A stretch of DNA of 11,609 nucleotides from Fusobacteriota bacterium (GCA_051746725.1 JBNJFI010000066.1:1-11609); one strand, 5' to 3'; shown: positions 1 to 9,096, counted from the stretch's first letter. A program made the numbers and translations. The notes: generated from the letters alone by a model not told the origin.

Positions 1-29
1 AGTATAAAATAAAATTAGGAGGAATGATA

Positions 30-1259
30 GTGGAGAAAAGAAGCAAACATGTAAAAGCAGTTTTGGGGTTGCAACATATTTTAGCAATGTTTGGTGCAAC
101 AGTTTTAGTACCTTATTTAACAGGATTACATCCAGCGATAGCAATATTAAGTGCAGGGATAGGAACTCTTTTATTTCATTATGTTACAAAAAAGATTGTT
201 CCAGTTTTTCTAGGATCAAGTTTTGCGTTTATAGGTGCAATTAGTTTGGTGCTTAAAAATAATGGTATTGGTCAAGTTAAAGGTGGAGTTATGGTAGCAG
301 GACTTGTCTATATGATTATGGGATTACTGATAAAGATATTTGGAGTTGAAAAAATAAAATCTTTTTTTCCTCCTATAGTAACCGGGCCAATCATTATGGT
401 AATAGGGTTAAGATTGAGTCCAGTGGCGTTAGATATGATAGGTTATTCCGCAAGTGATGGAGGTTTTAATCTAGTATCATTGCTTATTGCTTCAATAGTT
501 ATAATATTAATGATTGCAATATCTGTTTTAGAAAAAAGTTATTTTAGACTAGTTCCGATTTTGATTTCTGTAACAGTAGGGTATTTAATATCGATTCCAT
601 TTGGTTTAGTTGATTTTACAAAAATAGCTGAAGCAGGATGGTTTGGTTTACCCCAAGATGCAATGGCGGATTTATTGACATTGCCTCAATTTACATGGTC
701 AGGAGTTCTAGCTATAGCACCAATAGCAATGGTTGTATTTATAGAACATATTGGAGATATTACAACAAATGGAGCTGTAGTCGGAAAAGACTTTTTTAAA
801 GAGCCAGGAATACATAGAACGATGTTAGGAGATGGAATTGCAACATTTGTCGCTGGATTATTGGGAGGACCTGCAAATACAACATATAGTGAAAACACAG
901 GAGTACTTGCAGTAACAAAGGTATACGATCCATCAATATTAAGAATCGCGGCCTTTTATGCAATAGCCATTAGTTTTATAGGTAAATTTGGAGCTCTAAT
1001 TCAAACTATTCCAACTCCTGTAATGGGTGGAGTAAGTATTATATTATTTGGGATGATTGCAAGTGTAGGGGTTAGAACTTTAATAGATGCAGAACTTGAT
1101 TTTGCACATAGTAGAAATTTACTTATAGCTTCATTGATTTTGGTTTTAGGAATTGCAATTGACAGTATTACTTTAGTTAACTCTCTAAATATTTCAGGAC
1201 TTGCAGTTGCTGCTATTATAGGTGTTGTTTTAAATAAAATATTACCACAAAATATTTAA
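30..1259 (+). CDS. uraA: Uracil/xanthine permease (NCS2/NAT nucleobase:cation symporter, UraA/PyrP-like)
   Basis: Very hydrophobic ~410 aa ORF with NCS2 hallmarks: LGLQHILAMFGATVLVP (TM1 QH), PVFLGSSFAFI, FPPIVTGPII, EHIGD and the NAT signature TTYSENTGVLAVTKV. GGAGG (18-22) is only 1 nt from the ATG at 24 but 7 nt from the in-frame GTG at 30, so GTG30 is the preferred start. Confidence 0.92.
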   Translation: MEKRSKHVKAVLGLQHILAMFGATVLVPYLTGLHPAIAILSAGIGTLLFHYVTKKIVPVFLGSSFAFIGAISLVLKNNGIGQVKGGVMVAGLVYMIMGLLIKIFGVEKIKSFFPPIVTGPIIMVIGLRLSPVALDMIGYSASDGGFNLVSLLIASIVIILMIAISVLEKSYFRLVPILISVTVGYLISIPFGLVDFTKIAEAGWFGLPQDAMADLLTLPQFTWSGVLAIAPIAMVVFIEHIGDITTNGAVVGKDFFKEPGIHRTMLGDGIATFVAGLLGGPANTTYSENTGVLAVTKVYDPSILRIAAFYAIAISFIGKFGALIQTIPTPVMGGVSIILFGMIASVGVRTLIDAELDFAHSRNLLIASLILVLGIAIDSITLVNSLNISGLAVAAIIGVVLNKILPQNI

Positions 1260-1273
1260 TATGAATGATACAT

Positions 1274-1316
1274 AAACTAGATATACTTGATTTGGTATAT
1301 CTAGTTTTCAATTTTT
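1274..1316 (+). terminator. Probable intrinsic terminator after uraA
   Basis: Perfect 13-bp inverted repeat AAACTAGATATAC (1274-1286) / GTATATCTAGTTT (1295-1307) with an 8-nt loop, followed by T-rich TCAATTTTT. It starts 15 nt after the stop codon. Confidence 0.7.
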
Positions 1317-1359
1317 AATATTTAAACTCATATACGGTAATAGAAAAGAGGTTAAAAAA

Positions 1360-3447
1360 ATGAATGCAACAGAAAGAATTAAAGAATATTTAGAAAATAA
1401 TGATCCCACTGGTATAAATAAAATAATTGAAGATTTAAATTTATCTAGAAAGCATAAAAAAAAGATTCAATCTTTTTTGAAAGAGTTAGAAGAAGAAGGA
1501 TTAATTGTACAACTAAAAAATAATAAATATACTTCGGCTGATGAAGATGAAAATATCGATCAAGGAAAACTAACGATTATAAATGGAAGTTACGGTTTTG
1601 TAGATAATGAAGAAGAAAGTTATTTTATTCCTCCTAAATATTTAAGTAATGCCATGAATGATGATAAAGTTTTAATTGAAATTATAAAAGAAAAAGATGG
1701 TGGCAAAAAAGAAGCTAAAATTATAAAAGTTTTGGAAAGAGCAAGCAAAGAAATTATAGGAATATTGCAGAAAAAACGTAATTTTGGATTTGTAAAGACA
1801 TTTGGGAAATCTCATAATGATATATACATAAATACAAATAATTATAATGGAGCCGAAGACAATGATTTAGTTTTAGTAGAATTGTATTTTTGGGGATCTA
1901 AGGACAGAAAACCCGAAGGCAAGATAACTAAAGTCCTTGGAGATCCATATAATAGTGATGTTAGAATGGAAGCTCTTATATTAGAATATGGATATGAAGA
2001 AGATTTTTCTAATAAAGTAAAAAATGAAGTAAATAAAATAAAGGGTGAAACAAAACTAAAAAAAGAAAATCGAAAAGATCTTACAGATTTAAGATTTATA
2101 ACTATAGACGGTGAAGATGCTAAGGATTTAGATGATTCTATCTATTTAGAAAAAACAGAAAAGGGAAACTACAAATTATATGTAAGTATAGCGGATGTGT
2201 CCCACTATGTAAGGCAAGGGACAGCTTTAGATAAGGAAGCTCAAAAAAGGGGAAATAGTGTTTATTTAGCGGATAGAGTTATCCCAATGTTGCCAAGAGA
2301 ACTATCAAATAATTTATGTTCTTTGAATGAAGATACAGCTAAAAAAGTCTTTACTGCAGAAATTCTTTATAATCCCCAAGGTGGAGTAATAAGCGAAAAA
2401 ACATATAAAGCTAAAATCATGAATTATAAAAGGATGACCTATACTAATGTTAATAAAATTTTAGATAATGAAATTGAAGCTTCTGATAAAGAAAACAAAA
2501 CAATGTTCAACCATATGCTGGAACTTTCAAAAATTCTAAGAGATAATAGAGAACAAAGGGGAGCTATTGACTTTGAGTTGCCTGAAATAAAATTGATATT
2601 AGATGATGATAAAAAAGTAAAAGAAGTTAAGCTTAGAAAACGAGGAAAAGCTGAAAAACTTATAGAAGACTTTATGATAGCAGCCAACGAGATTGTAGCT
2701 GAAAAACTATTTTGGCTAGATATACCTTCTATCTATAGAACTCATGAAATACCAGATAGAGAAGATTTAGATGAATTAAATAAAACTTTGGCTAAATTTG
2801 GATATAAACTAAGCAATTTAGATAAGATACATCCTGGGAAATTTCAAAAGATTCTTGAAAAAATAAAGGAAGATCCAAATAGAATTTTAATAAGAAAAGA
2901 GATTTTACGAAGTCTCAAAAAAGCTAGTTATACAGTTGCGAATTTAGGACATTTTGCATTAGCTTCTAATTTTTATACTCATTTCACATCTCCGATTAGA
3001 AGATATTCAGATCTTTTAGTACACAGAATTTTAAATCAAGTATTAACAAAGTATCCATCAAAGAACGAAATTGAAAGATTAACGAAAACTTTAGAAAAGA
3101 TAGCACCTAAAATTTCAGATACAGAAAGAAAGGCGATACGGGCAGAAGAAGAAAGTGTGAAAATAAAATTAGTGGAATATATGTCTGATAAAGTAGGAGA
3201 AATTTATGAGGGAAAAGTAACCGGAATGAAAAATAACGGTATGTTTATAACCCTTTCAAATAACGTAGAAGCCTTTTGGAATGTTTTTGATTCAAATGAT
3301 TTTTATGAATACAATAAAAAAAGTCAAATAATGCTTGAAAAATCTACTCAAAAAGAGTATACTATAGGGGATGCAGTGAAAGTAATTGTTAGCAAAGTTG
3401 ATTTTATAAATTTAAGAGTAGAAGTATTTCCAGTTAAAGAGGAGTAA
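1360..3447 (+). CDS. rnr: Ribonuclease R
   Basis: 695 aa with an N-terminal HTH-like segment, two cold-shock domains (YGFV, FGFV), RNB catalytic motif TIDGEDAKDLDD, IADVSHYV, RGNSVYL, LIEDFMIAAN, YTHFTSPIRRYSDLLVHR and a C-terminal S1 domain. Sits next to smpB, the canonical context. RBS GAGG upstream. Confidence 0.96.
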   Translation: MNATERIKEYLENNDPTGINKIIEDLNLSRKHKKKIQSFLKELEEEGLIVQLKNNKYTSADEDENIDQGKLTIINGSYGFVDNEEESYFIPPKYLSNAMNDDKVLIEIIKEKDGGKKEAKIIKVLERASKEIIGILQKKRNFGFVKTFGKSHNDIYINTNNYNGAEDNDLVLVELYFWGSKDRKPEGKITKVLGDPYNSDVRMEALILEYGYEEDFSNKVKNEVNKIKGETKLKKENRKDLTDLRFITIDGEDAKDLDDSIYLEKTEKGNYKLYVSIADVSHYVRQGTALDKEAQKRGNSVYLADRVIPMLPRELSNNLCSLNEDTAKKVFTAEILYNPQGGVISEKTYKAKIMNYKRMTYTNVNKILDNEIEASDKENKTMFNHMLELSKILRDNREQRGAIDFELPEIKLILDDDKKVKEVKLRKRGKAEKLIEDFMIAANEIVAEKLFWLDIPSIYRTHEIPDREDLDELNKTLAKFGYKLSNLDKIHPGKFQKILEKIKEDPNRILIRKEILRSLKKASYTVANLGHFALASNFYTHFTSPIRRYSDLLVHRILNQVLTKYPSKNEIERLTKTLEKIAPKISDTERKAIRAEEESVKIKLVEYMSDKVGEIYEGKVTGMKNNGMFITLSNNVEAFWNVFDSNDFYEYNKKSQIMLEKSTQKEYTIGDAVKVIVSKVDFINLRVEVFPVKEE

Positions 3448-3450
3448 TAG

Positions 3451-3900
3451 ATGAATGTATTAGCTAAAAACAAAAAAGCATATCATGATTATTTTATAAT
3501 AGATAACTATGAAGCCGGTATAGAATTAAAAGGCATGGAAGTTAAATCTATTAAAAATAGAAAAACAAGCATAAGTGAAGCATACGTTAAAATTATGAAT
3601 GATCAAGTTTTTGTCATAAATATGCACGTGAAGTCCTGGAAGTACAATACAATTGAAAATATAGATGAAACTCGTAGACGAAAATTACTTTTACATAAAA
3701 AACAAATAGAAAAACTTAAGTCAAAAGTTAAAAGAGGGGGTTATACTTTAGTACCATTGCGTTTGTATAGAAAAAACTCACTGATTAAATTGCAAATCGG
3801 ATTAGCCAAGGGGAAAAAGCAGCATGATAAACGAGAAGAGTTAGCAAAAAAGGCTCAACAGAGAGATATGCAACGTAATTTGAAGGATCGTTATCGATAA
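3451..3900 (+). CDS. smpB: SsrA-binding protein SmpB
   Basis: 149 aa with NKKAYHDY, EAGIELKGMEVKSIK, RRRKLLLHKKQI, GYTLVPL and AKGKKQHDKRE. Starts right after the rnr double stop (TAA TAG ATG), with RBS GAGGAG inside the rnr 3' end. Confidence 0.97.
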   Translation: MNVLAKNKKAYHDYFIIDNYEAGIELKGMEVKSIKNRKTSISEAYVKIMNDQVFVINMHVKSWKYNTIENIDETRRRKLLLHKKQIEKLKSKVKRGGYTLVPLRLYRKNSLIKLQIGLAKGKKQHDKREELAKKAQQRDMQRNLKDRYR

Positions 3901-3907
3901 TTTTTCT

Positions 3908-4264
3908 GGGGGTGTTTAGGTTTCGACAGGGATATCAGATTTAGAAGTAAGCAGATCAGGGTTACTCCTGTAAAAAAGTAAAAACAAATTTAAATGAAAA
4001 CAATAATAATAACGCTTACGCGTTAGCTGCCTAATTAAAGGGTAGTCGCTTTTTGAGCTTTTATTCGGAGAGGCTTAAATAAGTGTCAAAAATTCCGAAT
4101 TACTTTAGATTTTTCCTCGCAATCTAAAGGACATTTTAGAGGATAGTCTATTAGATTTTCGTTTCTTTAGGTCTAATAGATGAAATTTATAAAGAAACTA
4201 AATCTGTAGAAAGCTTCATAAATCTTATCCTTGGACACGGGTTCGATTCCCGTCACCTCCACCA
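3908..4264 (+). ncRNA. ssrA: tmRNA (transfer-messenger RNA)
   Basis: 5' GGGGGTG pairs with 3' CACCTCC-ACCA, including the G3.U alanine identity wobble. GGTTTCGAC near the 5' end, T-arm ACGGG-TTCGATT-CCCGT (4237-4253), encoded CCA, internal tag ORF ending YALAA*, length 357 nt, and 7 nt downstream of smpB. Confidence 0.97.
3996..4034 (+). other. tmRNA proteolysis tag reading frame, (A)ENNNNNAYALAA*
   Basis: After the typical upstream context TAAAT: GAA AAC AAT AAT AAT AAC GCT TAC GCG TTA GCT GCC TAA. The resume codon is inferred from spacing. The C-terminal LAA is the ClpX-type degron. Confidence 0.85.
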
Positions 4265-4309
4265 AATAAACCGAATGAATAAAATATTATAAAAAAAGGA
4301 GTGTTTTAT

Positions 4310-6820
4310 ATGAAAAAAAATATATTATTAGTATTTCTGATTTTAACTTCATTTGTGTTTTCTGCCGAAATGGAAACAATTTTGGATTTAGACATTAATG
4401 AGCGAGCCAATGGAACTTCCAAAGATAAAGTTTGGAAAGAATTCAAATTTACAATGCCTTACAAATCAAAAGTTGAAATTAAGGTTGTTGCTATAGCTAG
4501 AGATAATGGAACCCGTAATGATGACGATATAAAATGGGGATTAAACAATGAAGATTTTGGTTGGGCAACAAGTAGAGCTTGGGATGGAAGAGAATTAAAA
4601 GGAAATCCAAAAACAGTAACTTTAACAAAGGAATTATTAAAAGGAGATCATTATATAAAATTTTGGGTAGATCAAAGGCCAACACTTAATAGTGTTACTG
4701 TTAAAATGGAAAAGAAAAATTTAGTCACAACACCAAATATTATAACTAATCAATTTATTAAGGGTGCTGGCTTTAAACTTGAATGGGAAAAACAGAAAAA
4801 AGACTATGAATATGTAGTTATGAGAAAAGATGGGGAATCTAATTATGATAAAGTAGCCAATGTATCCTCTAATGCCTATATTGATACTAGTATTGAAGAC
4901 GGAAAAGTATATAAATACAAAGTTGGAATAATGAGAGATAGTTCAAAGATAATTGACTATACAGAAGAGGTAGAAATTGATTTAACAAAGAAAAGTAAAC
5001 CGCGGGAATTAAAAAGCGAAATTATTGATGAACAAATCAAGTTAACTTGGAAAATGGAAAATAAAGAAGAAATTGCAAATTATAATATATACAGAAAAAA
5101 AACAAGCAATACAGGGTTTCGTAAATATTCTTTGGCTATTTCAGAGACATTTACTGATAATAAAGTAGAGCCAGGAATAGAATATTTATATAAAATATCT
5201 GCTGTATTTTTAAATGGAACAGAATCTGAACAATCTGATACAATTACAGCAAAAATCAAAAAAGCGTATAGACCAACAGGCACTGTTGACTGGTATCCAG
5301 AAGAATTAGTAGCAGGAGAAATGGCTACTATATATTTCTCAGATAGAAGAAGTAAGCAGATTAGAACTGCTAGAAGAAAATCGAAACGACGAGATCCAAA
5401 TATATCATCTTTACCAGAACAGATGTATATACATTATGGGTTTAATAACTGGGATCCTGATCATACAATCGATGAGGCTGATGATCCTAAGATGACTTAT
5501 GATGAGGAAATAAATTATTGGAAATATGAAATGAAAATTCCAGGATATGCAACGGAATTTGACTTCGTTTTTAAAGATGAAATTGACAATTGGGATACTA
5601 ACTGGGCAAAAGATTATAAAGTTTCTGTTAAGGGAGATAGTGTGCCGCCAGTATTACCTGAAGAGATTAATATTGAAGGAAAAAAAGATTTAGTGTTTTT
5701 AACATGGGAAAAACCTGATATTGATGACTTAAATTTCTATGAAATCTTGAAAAGTGATAATTCGGACATGGAAGATGCAGAGACAATTAAAATATCTTCT
5801 GAAAAGACTTATTATATAGATAGAGATTTGGATTATTACATGAATGATTCAGGTGATTGGGATAATAGATATTATTATCAAATGAAATCTGTTGATTATA
5901 GTGGGAATGAAAGTAGTCTTTCTGAAGTATTTGAAGGAATTCCTAAGAGTACCGGAGTGAGTTATACTGAAAAATTTGATTGGGAACCACAAGAACCAGA
6001 AAGAGGAGACAATGTTACGATTTATTTCAAAAAAGAAAGCGGACCATTAAGCGATGTTGATGATATATATGCAAGAGTTGGATTTAATAATTGGCAAACT
6101 CAAAACGACGAACTAGTTGAAATGAAATATGATGAAGTATTTGAAGTTTATTACATCGAAGAAGAAGTAAAACCAGGAGTAAATTCAATTAATGTTGCAT
6201 TTACTGATGAAGAACAGCAAAACTGGGATCGAAATAATTGGACTGTAAATGTAAAACCTGATACCAACCCACCAGAAAAAGTAGAAAACTTAGATAGAGG
6301 AGTTTATTCTGGAAAAGTCGAGATATCTTGGGAAGAAAATATGGATGAAGATTTAGCTGGATATAACATTTATAGAAATGGCAAACAGTTAAATTCTGAA
6401 TTATTAGAGACAAATGTATTTACTGATGAAGATATAGAAGAAAACACAAAATATTTATATTCAGTAACAGCAGTTGATTTGAGCGGAAATGAGTCAGAGA
6501 GAAATGAAATAATAGTAAATACTCTTAAAGATATAATTACAACACCACCAGAAGCTATATACAATACTACTTTAGATAATTTACCGTTGAAGTTAATTGC
6601 TTCAGTTGACGAAAGAGTAGATTGGGCAGTAGATATATTGAATAGCGATGGCGAAGTGATTAGAGAGTATAATGGAAAAGGCTCAAACGTAATAATTTTA
6701 TGGAATGGTCGAGATAATAAAAACAATCTTATAGAACCAGGATTATATAAATATAGAGTTCGAGTGTTAAGCATTGAAGGAGTTGGAGAAAAAGAAGTTA
6801 AGATGGTAATATCAGAATAG
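4310..6820 (+). CDS. Secreted multidomain protein: unknown N-terminal beta-rich domain, about four fibronectin type III domains, two starch-binding-like CBMs (CBM25/CBM53-like) and a C-terminal FlgD-Ig-like domain
   Basis: RBS AGGAG (4297-4301) lies 8 nt before ATG 4310. Sec signal peptide MKKNILLVFLILTSFVFS/A. FN3 patterns (LTW...YNIYRK...FTD..VEPG.EYLYKISAV; ISW...DLAGYNIYRNG...YLYSVTAVDLSGNES). Two homologous modules W.P....G...TIYF...Y...GFNNW...F.D...NWD.N (~5285-5630 and ~5975-6255). C-terminal VDILNSDGEVIR...WNGRDNKNNLIEPGLYKYRV. Domain calls come from motif recognition only. Confidence 0.75.
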   Translation: MKKNILLVFLILTSFVFSAEMETILDLDINERANGTSKDKVWKEFKFTMPYKSKVEIKVVAIARDNGTRNDDDIKWGLNNEDFGWATSRAWDGRELKGNPKTVTLTKELLKGDHYIKFWVDQRPTLNSVTVKMEKKNLVTTPNIITNQFIKGAGFKLEWEKQKKDYEYVVMRKDGESNYDKVANVSSNAYIDTSIEDGKVYKYKVGIMRDSSKIIDYTEEVEIDLTKKSKPRELKSEIIDEQIKLTWKMENKEEIANYNIYRKKTSNTGFRKYSLAISETFTDNKVEPGIEYLYKISAVFLNGTESEQSDTITAKIKKAYRPTGTVDWYPEELVAGEMATIYFSDRRSKQIRTARRKSKRRDPNISSLPEQMYIHYGFNNWDPDHTIDEADDPKMTYDEEINYWKYEMKIPGYATEFDFVFKDEIDNWDTNWAKDYKVSVKGDSVPPVLPEEINIEGKKDLVFLTWEKPDIDDLNFYEILKSDNSDMEDAETIKISSEKTYYIDRDLDYYMNDSGDWDNRYYYQMKSVDYSGNESSLSEVFEGIPKSTGVSYTEKFDWEPQEPERGDNVTIYFKKESGPLSDVDDIYARVGFNNWQTQNDELVEMKYDEVFEVYYIEEEVKPGVNSINVAFTDEEQQNWDRNNWTVNVKPDTNPPEKVENLDRGVYSGKVEISWEENMDEDLAGYNIYRNGKQLNSELLETNVFTDEDIEENTKYLYSVTAVDLSGNESERNEIIVNTLKDIITTPPEAIYNTTLDNLPLKLIASVDERVDWAVDILNSDGEVIREYNGKGSNVIILWNGRDNKNNLIEPGLYKYRVRVLSIEGVGEKEVKMVISE

Positions 6821-6826
6821 AATAAG

Positions 6827-6866
6827 CAGACAAAAAAGGTGTATGTTTATACACCTTTTTTGTTTG
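6827..6866. terminator. Intrinsic, potentially bidirectional terminator
   Basis: Perfect 15-bp inverted repeat ACAAAAAAGGTGTAT (6830-6844) / ATACACCTTTTTTGT (6849-6863) with loop GTTT. A6 and T6 tracts are built into the arms. Starts just after the stop at 6820. Confidence 0.85.
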
Positions 6867-6892
6867 AAAAAATATAAAATATAGGAGGAAAA

Positions 6893-8131
6893 ATGGATAT
6901 TAAAATTTCTTATGGAAAAAGTGAAAAGATTGACTTGCAGGTTGATGAACGTAATTTAGTTGGGGTATATAATCCAAATAATGTAAAAAAAACAGATTAT
7001 AAAAAAATATTAAAAGAGAGATTAAAAGAAAATAACTTCGAAGAATATATGGATACAGAAGAAAAGATTGTATTTATAGTAAATGACGGGACTAGACCTA
7101 CCCCGACACTAAAAATACTTAAGGAGATATATCCTAAAATAAAGGATAAAAATATATTATTTATAGTAGCCACTGGAGTTCATCGAGAAACAACTCGTGA
7201 AGAGTATGAATATATATTTGGAGCTGAAATATACGATGATTTAAAAGAAAAAGGAAGAGTACATTGTCATGATGCTAGAAAAGATGAAATGGTTTACCTA
7301 GGTAAATCTCAAAATGGAACTCCAATGTATGTCAATGCAAAAGCTGCAAAGGCAAAAAAGGTAGTGGTTATTGGTTCAGTTGAACCCCATTATTTTGCAG
7401 GATATACAGGAGGAAGAAAAGGTTTTTTACCTGGAGTAGCATCTTATGAGACAATAGAAAAAAACCATGAATTAGCACTACAACCAGAAGCTAAAACTCT
7501 TAATTTACAAGGGAATCCTGTCCATGAAGATATGATGGATGCAATGAAGGTATTAAAAGATATAGATGTATTTTCTATAATGACTGTATTAGATAGAGAG
7601 CATGATATATATGAAATAACAGCTGGAGACTTAAGCAAAGCATTTTATGATGCTATTCCAAAGGCTGATGAGGTATTTTGTGTTGATATCAAGGAGAAGG
7701 CAGATATTGTGGTTTCAGTTGCTCCATATCCAATGGACATAGACTTATATCAATCACAAAAGGCTATAGATAATGCTAAGCATGCTTTAAAAGAAGATGG
7801 AATACTTATTTTAGTTTCTCAATGTAGAACTGGAATAGGGGAAGAGGCCTTTTTTGATCTTATGGCAAGCTCTGATACCCCGGAAGAAGTATTGGAAAAA
7901 ATCAAAAAAGAGTATAAATTAGGATATCATAAAGCAGGTAAAATGGCTGAAATTAATACTTGGGCCGAAACTTGGGGAGTTACCGACTTAGATGATGATA
8001 GATTAAAAAAGGTTCATATAAAACCATATGATACTTTAGATAATGCTGTAAATGATGCCTTTGCAAAAAAGGGAGAAGATGCAAAAGTTATTATATTGCC
8101 AAACGGATCTATAACTGTACCGAAGCTGTGA
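6893..8131 (+). CDS. larA: Nickel-pincer-dependent lactate racemase family protein (LarA homolog; substrate uncertain)
   Basis: 412 aa with LarA motifs IVNDGTRPTP, ATGVHR, HDA, VEPHYFAGYTGGRKGFLPG, NH, GNPVHEDM, DLYQSQKA and C-terminal VIILPNG. RBS GGAGG at 6884-6888. Confidence 0.88.
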   Translation: MDIKISYGKSEKIDLQVDERNLVGVYNPNNVKKTDYKKILKERLKENNFEEYMDTEEKIVFIVNDGTRPTPTLKILKEIYPKIKDKNILFIVATGVHRETTREEYEYIFGAEIYDDLKEKGRVHCHDARKDEMVYLGKSQNGTPMYVNAKAAKAKKVVVIGSVEPHYFAGYTGGRKGFLPGVASYETIEKNHELALQPEAKTLNLQGNPVHEDMMDAMKVLKDIDVFSIMTVLDREHDIYEITAGDLSKAFYDAIPKADEVFCVDIKEKADIVVSVAPYPMDIDLYQSQKAIDNAKHALKEDGILILVSQCRTGIGEEAFFDLMASSDTPEEVLEKIKKEYKLGYHKAGKMAEINTWAETWGVTDLDDDRLKKVHIKPYDTLDNAVNDAFAKKGEDAKVIILPNGSITVPKL

Positions 8132-8135
8132 AAAA

Positions 8136-8209
8136 CAATGAATAATGAATAGATAGAAAGAGCAGTGAATAATGAAAAAAGAAAAAAAGATGGGAAGAGC
8201 AGTAAATAA
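8136..8209 (+). repeat. Short degenerate purine-rich direct repeats in the larA-TIGR00266 spacer
   Basis: CAATGAATAATGA (8136-8148) and CAGTGAATAATGA (8163-8175). Also AAGAGCAGTGAATAA (8158-8172) vs AAGAGCAGTAAATAA (8195-8209), 14/15 identical. Confidence 0.5.
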
Positions 8210-8225
8210 AATAGGAGGGATTGAA

Positions 8226-9023
8226 ATGAGATCACATGAGATTGATTACGAAATTTTAGGGGATGATATTCAAACAGTTGAGGTAGAGTTGGACCCAAGG
8301 GAGACCGTTATAGCAGAAGCAGGAGCTATGAACTGGATGGATGATGGAATTAGCTTCGAAGCTAAAATGGGAGATGGTAGTGAGACAAAAACTGGATTTA
8401 TGAATAAAGTTTTTGGAGCAGGAAAAAGGTTATTAACTGGAGAGAGTCTTTTTATAACTCATTTCACAAATATTGGCTCTGGGAAAAAAAAGATTGCTTT
8501 TTCTGCTCCTTATCCAGGAAAAATTGTTCCCTTGGATATGTCAAAATTACCTTTAAATAGATTTGTTTGTCAAAAAGATGCTTTTTTGTGCGCAGCCATG
8601 GGTACAAAAGTTGATATCACCTTTAATAAAAAACTCGGAGCTGGCTTTTTTGGTGGAGAAGGGTTTATTCTTCAAAAATTAGAAGGAGATGGACGAGCTT
8701 TTATTCATGCAGGTGGAACAATCGTCAAAAAAGAGTTAAAAGGTGAAACTCTAAAGGTTGATACTGGATGCTTAGTTGGGTTTACTGAAGGAATTGATTA
8801 TGATATTCAAAAAGCAGGTAATTTAAAATCAATGGTATTTGGAGGAGAAGGACTATTTTTAGCTACTTTAAGAGGTACCGGAACTGTATATCTACAAAGT
8901 TTACCTTTTTCTAGATTAGCAAATAGAATTATAAAAAGTGCTCCTAGAATGGGCGGGAATAGAAAAGGAGAAGGGTCTGTTTTAGGCGCATTTGGTAATA
9001 TGATTGATGGAGACGGGTTTTAA
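8226..9023 (+). CDS. TIGR00266 / AIM24 family protein (function unknown)
   Basis: Motifs [104 protein letters not shown] (8214-8218) supports ATG 8226 over the track's 8172. Confidence 0.9.
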   Translation: MRSHEIDYEILGDDIQTVEVELDPRETVIAEAGAMNWMDDGISFEAKMGDGSETKTGFMNKVFGAGKRLLTGESLFITHFTNIGSGKKKIAFSAPYPGKIVPLDMSKLPLNRFVCQKDAFLCAAMGTKVDITFNKKLGAGFFGGEGFILQKLEGDGRAFIHAGGTIVKKELKGETLKVDTGCLVGFTEGIDYDIQKAGNLKSMVFGGEGLFLATLRGTGTVYLQSLPFSRLANRIIKSAPRMGGNRKGEGSVLGAFGNMIDGDGF

Positions 9024-9026
9024 GGG

Positions 9027-9096
9027 CAATGAATAATGATTAGTGAATAGTGAATAATAAAAAGATAAGACATAAAAGATAAGAGACAAAATATAA
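9027..9096 (+). repeat. Degenerate 7-bp tandem repeats
   Basis: Ten consecutive in-phase heptamers: CAATGAA TAATGAT TAGTGAA TAGTGAA TAATAAA (9027-9061), then AAGATAA GACATAA AAGATAA GAGACAA AATATAA (9062-9096). Confidence 0.55.

Noticed and set aside
1..29. PyrR attenuator upstream of uraA
   Set aside because: Only 29 nt of leader are in the window and no PyrR-binding loop is visible.
8172..8225. N-terminal extension [18 protein letters not shown] of the TIGR00266 ORF
   Set aside because: It is translated repeat/RBS sequence. GGAGG at 8214-8218 supports the start at 8226.
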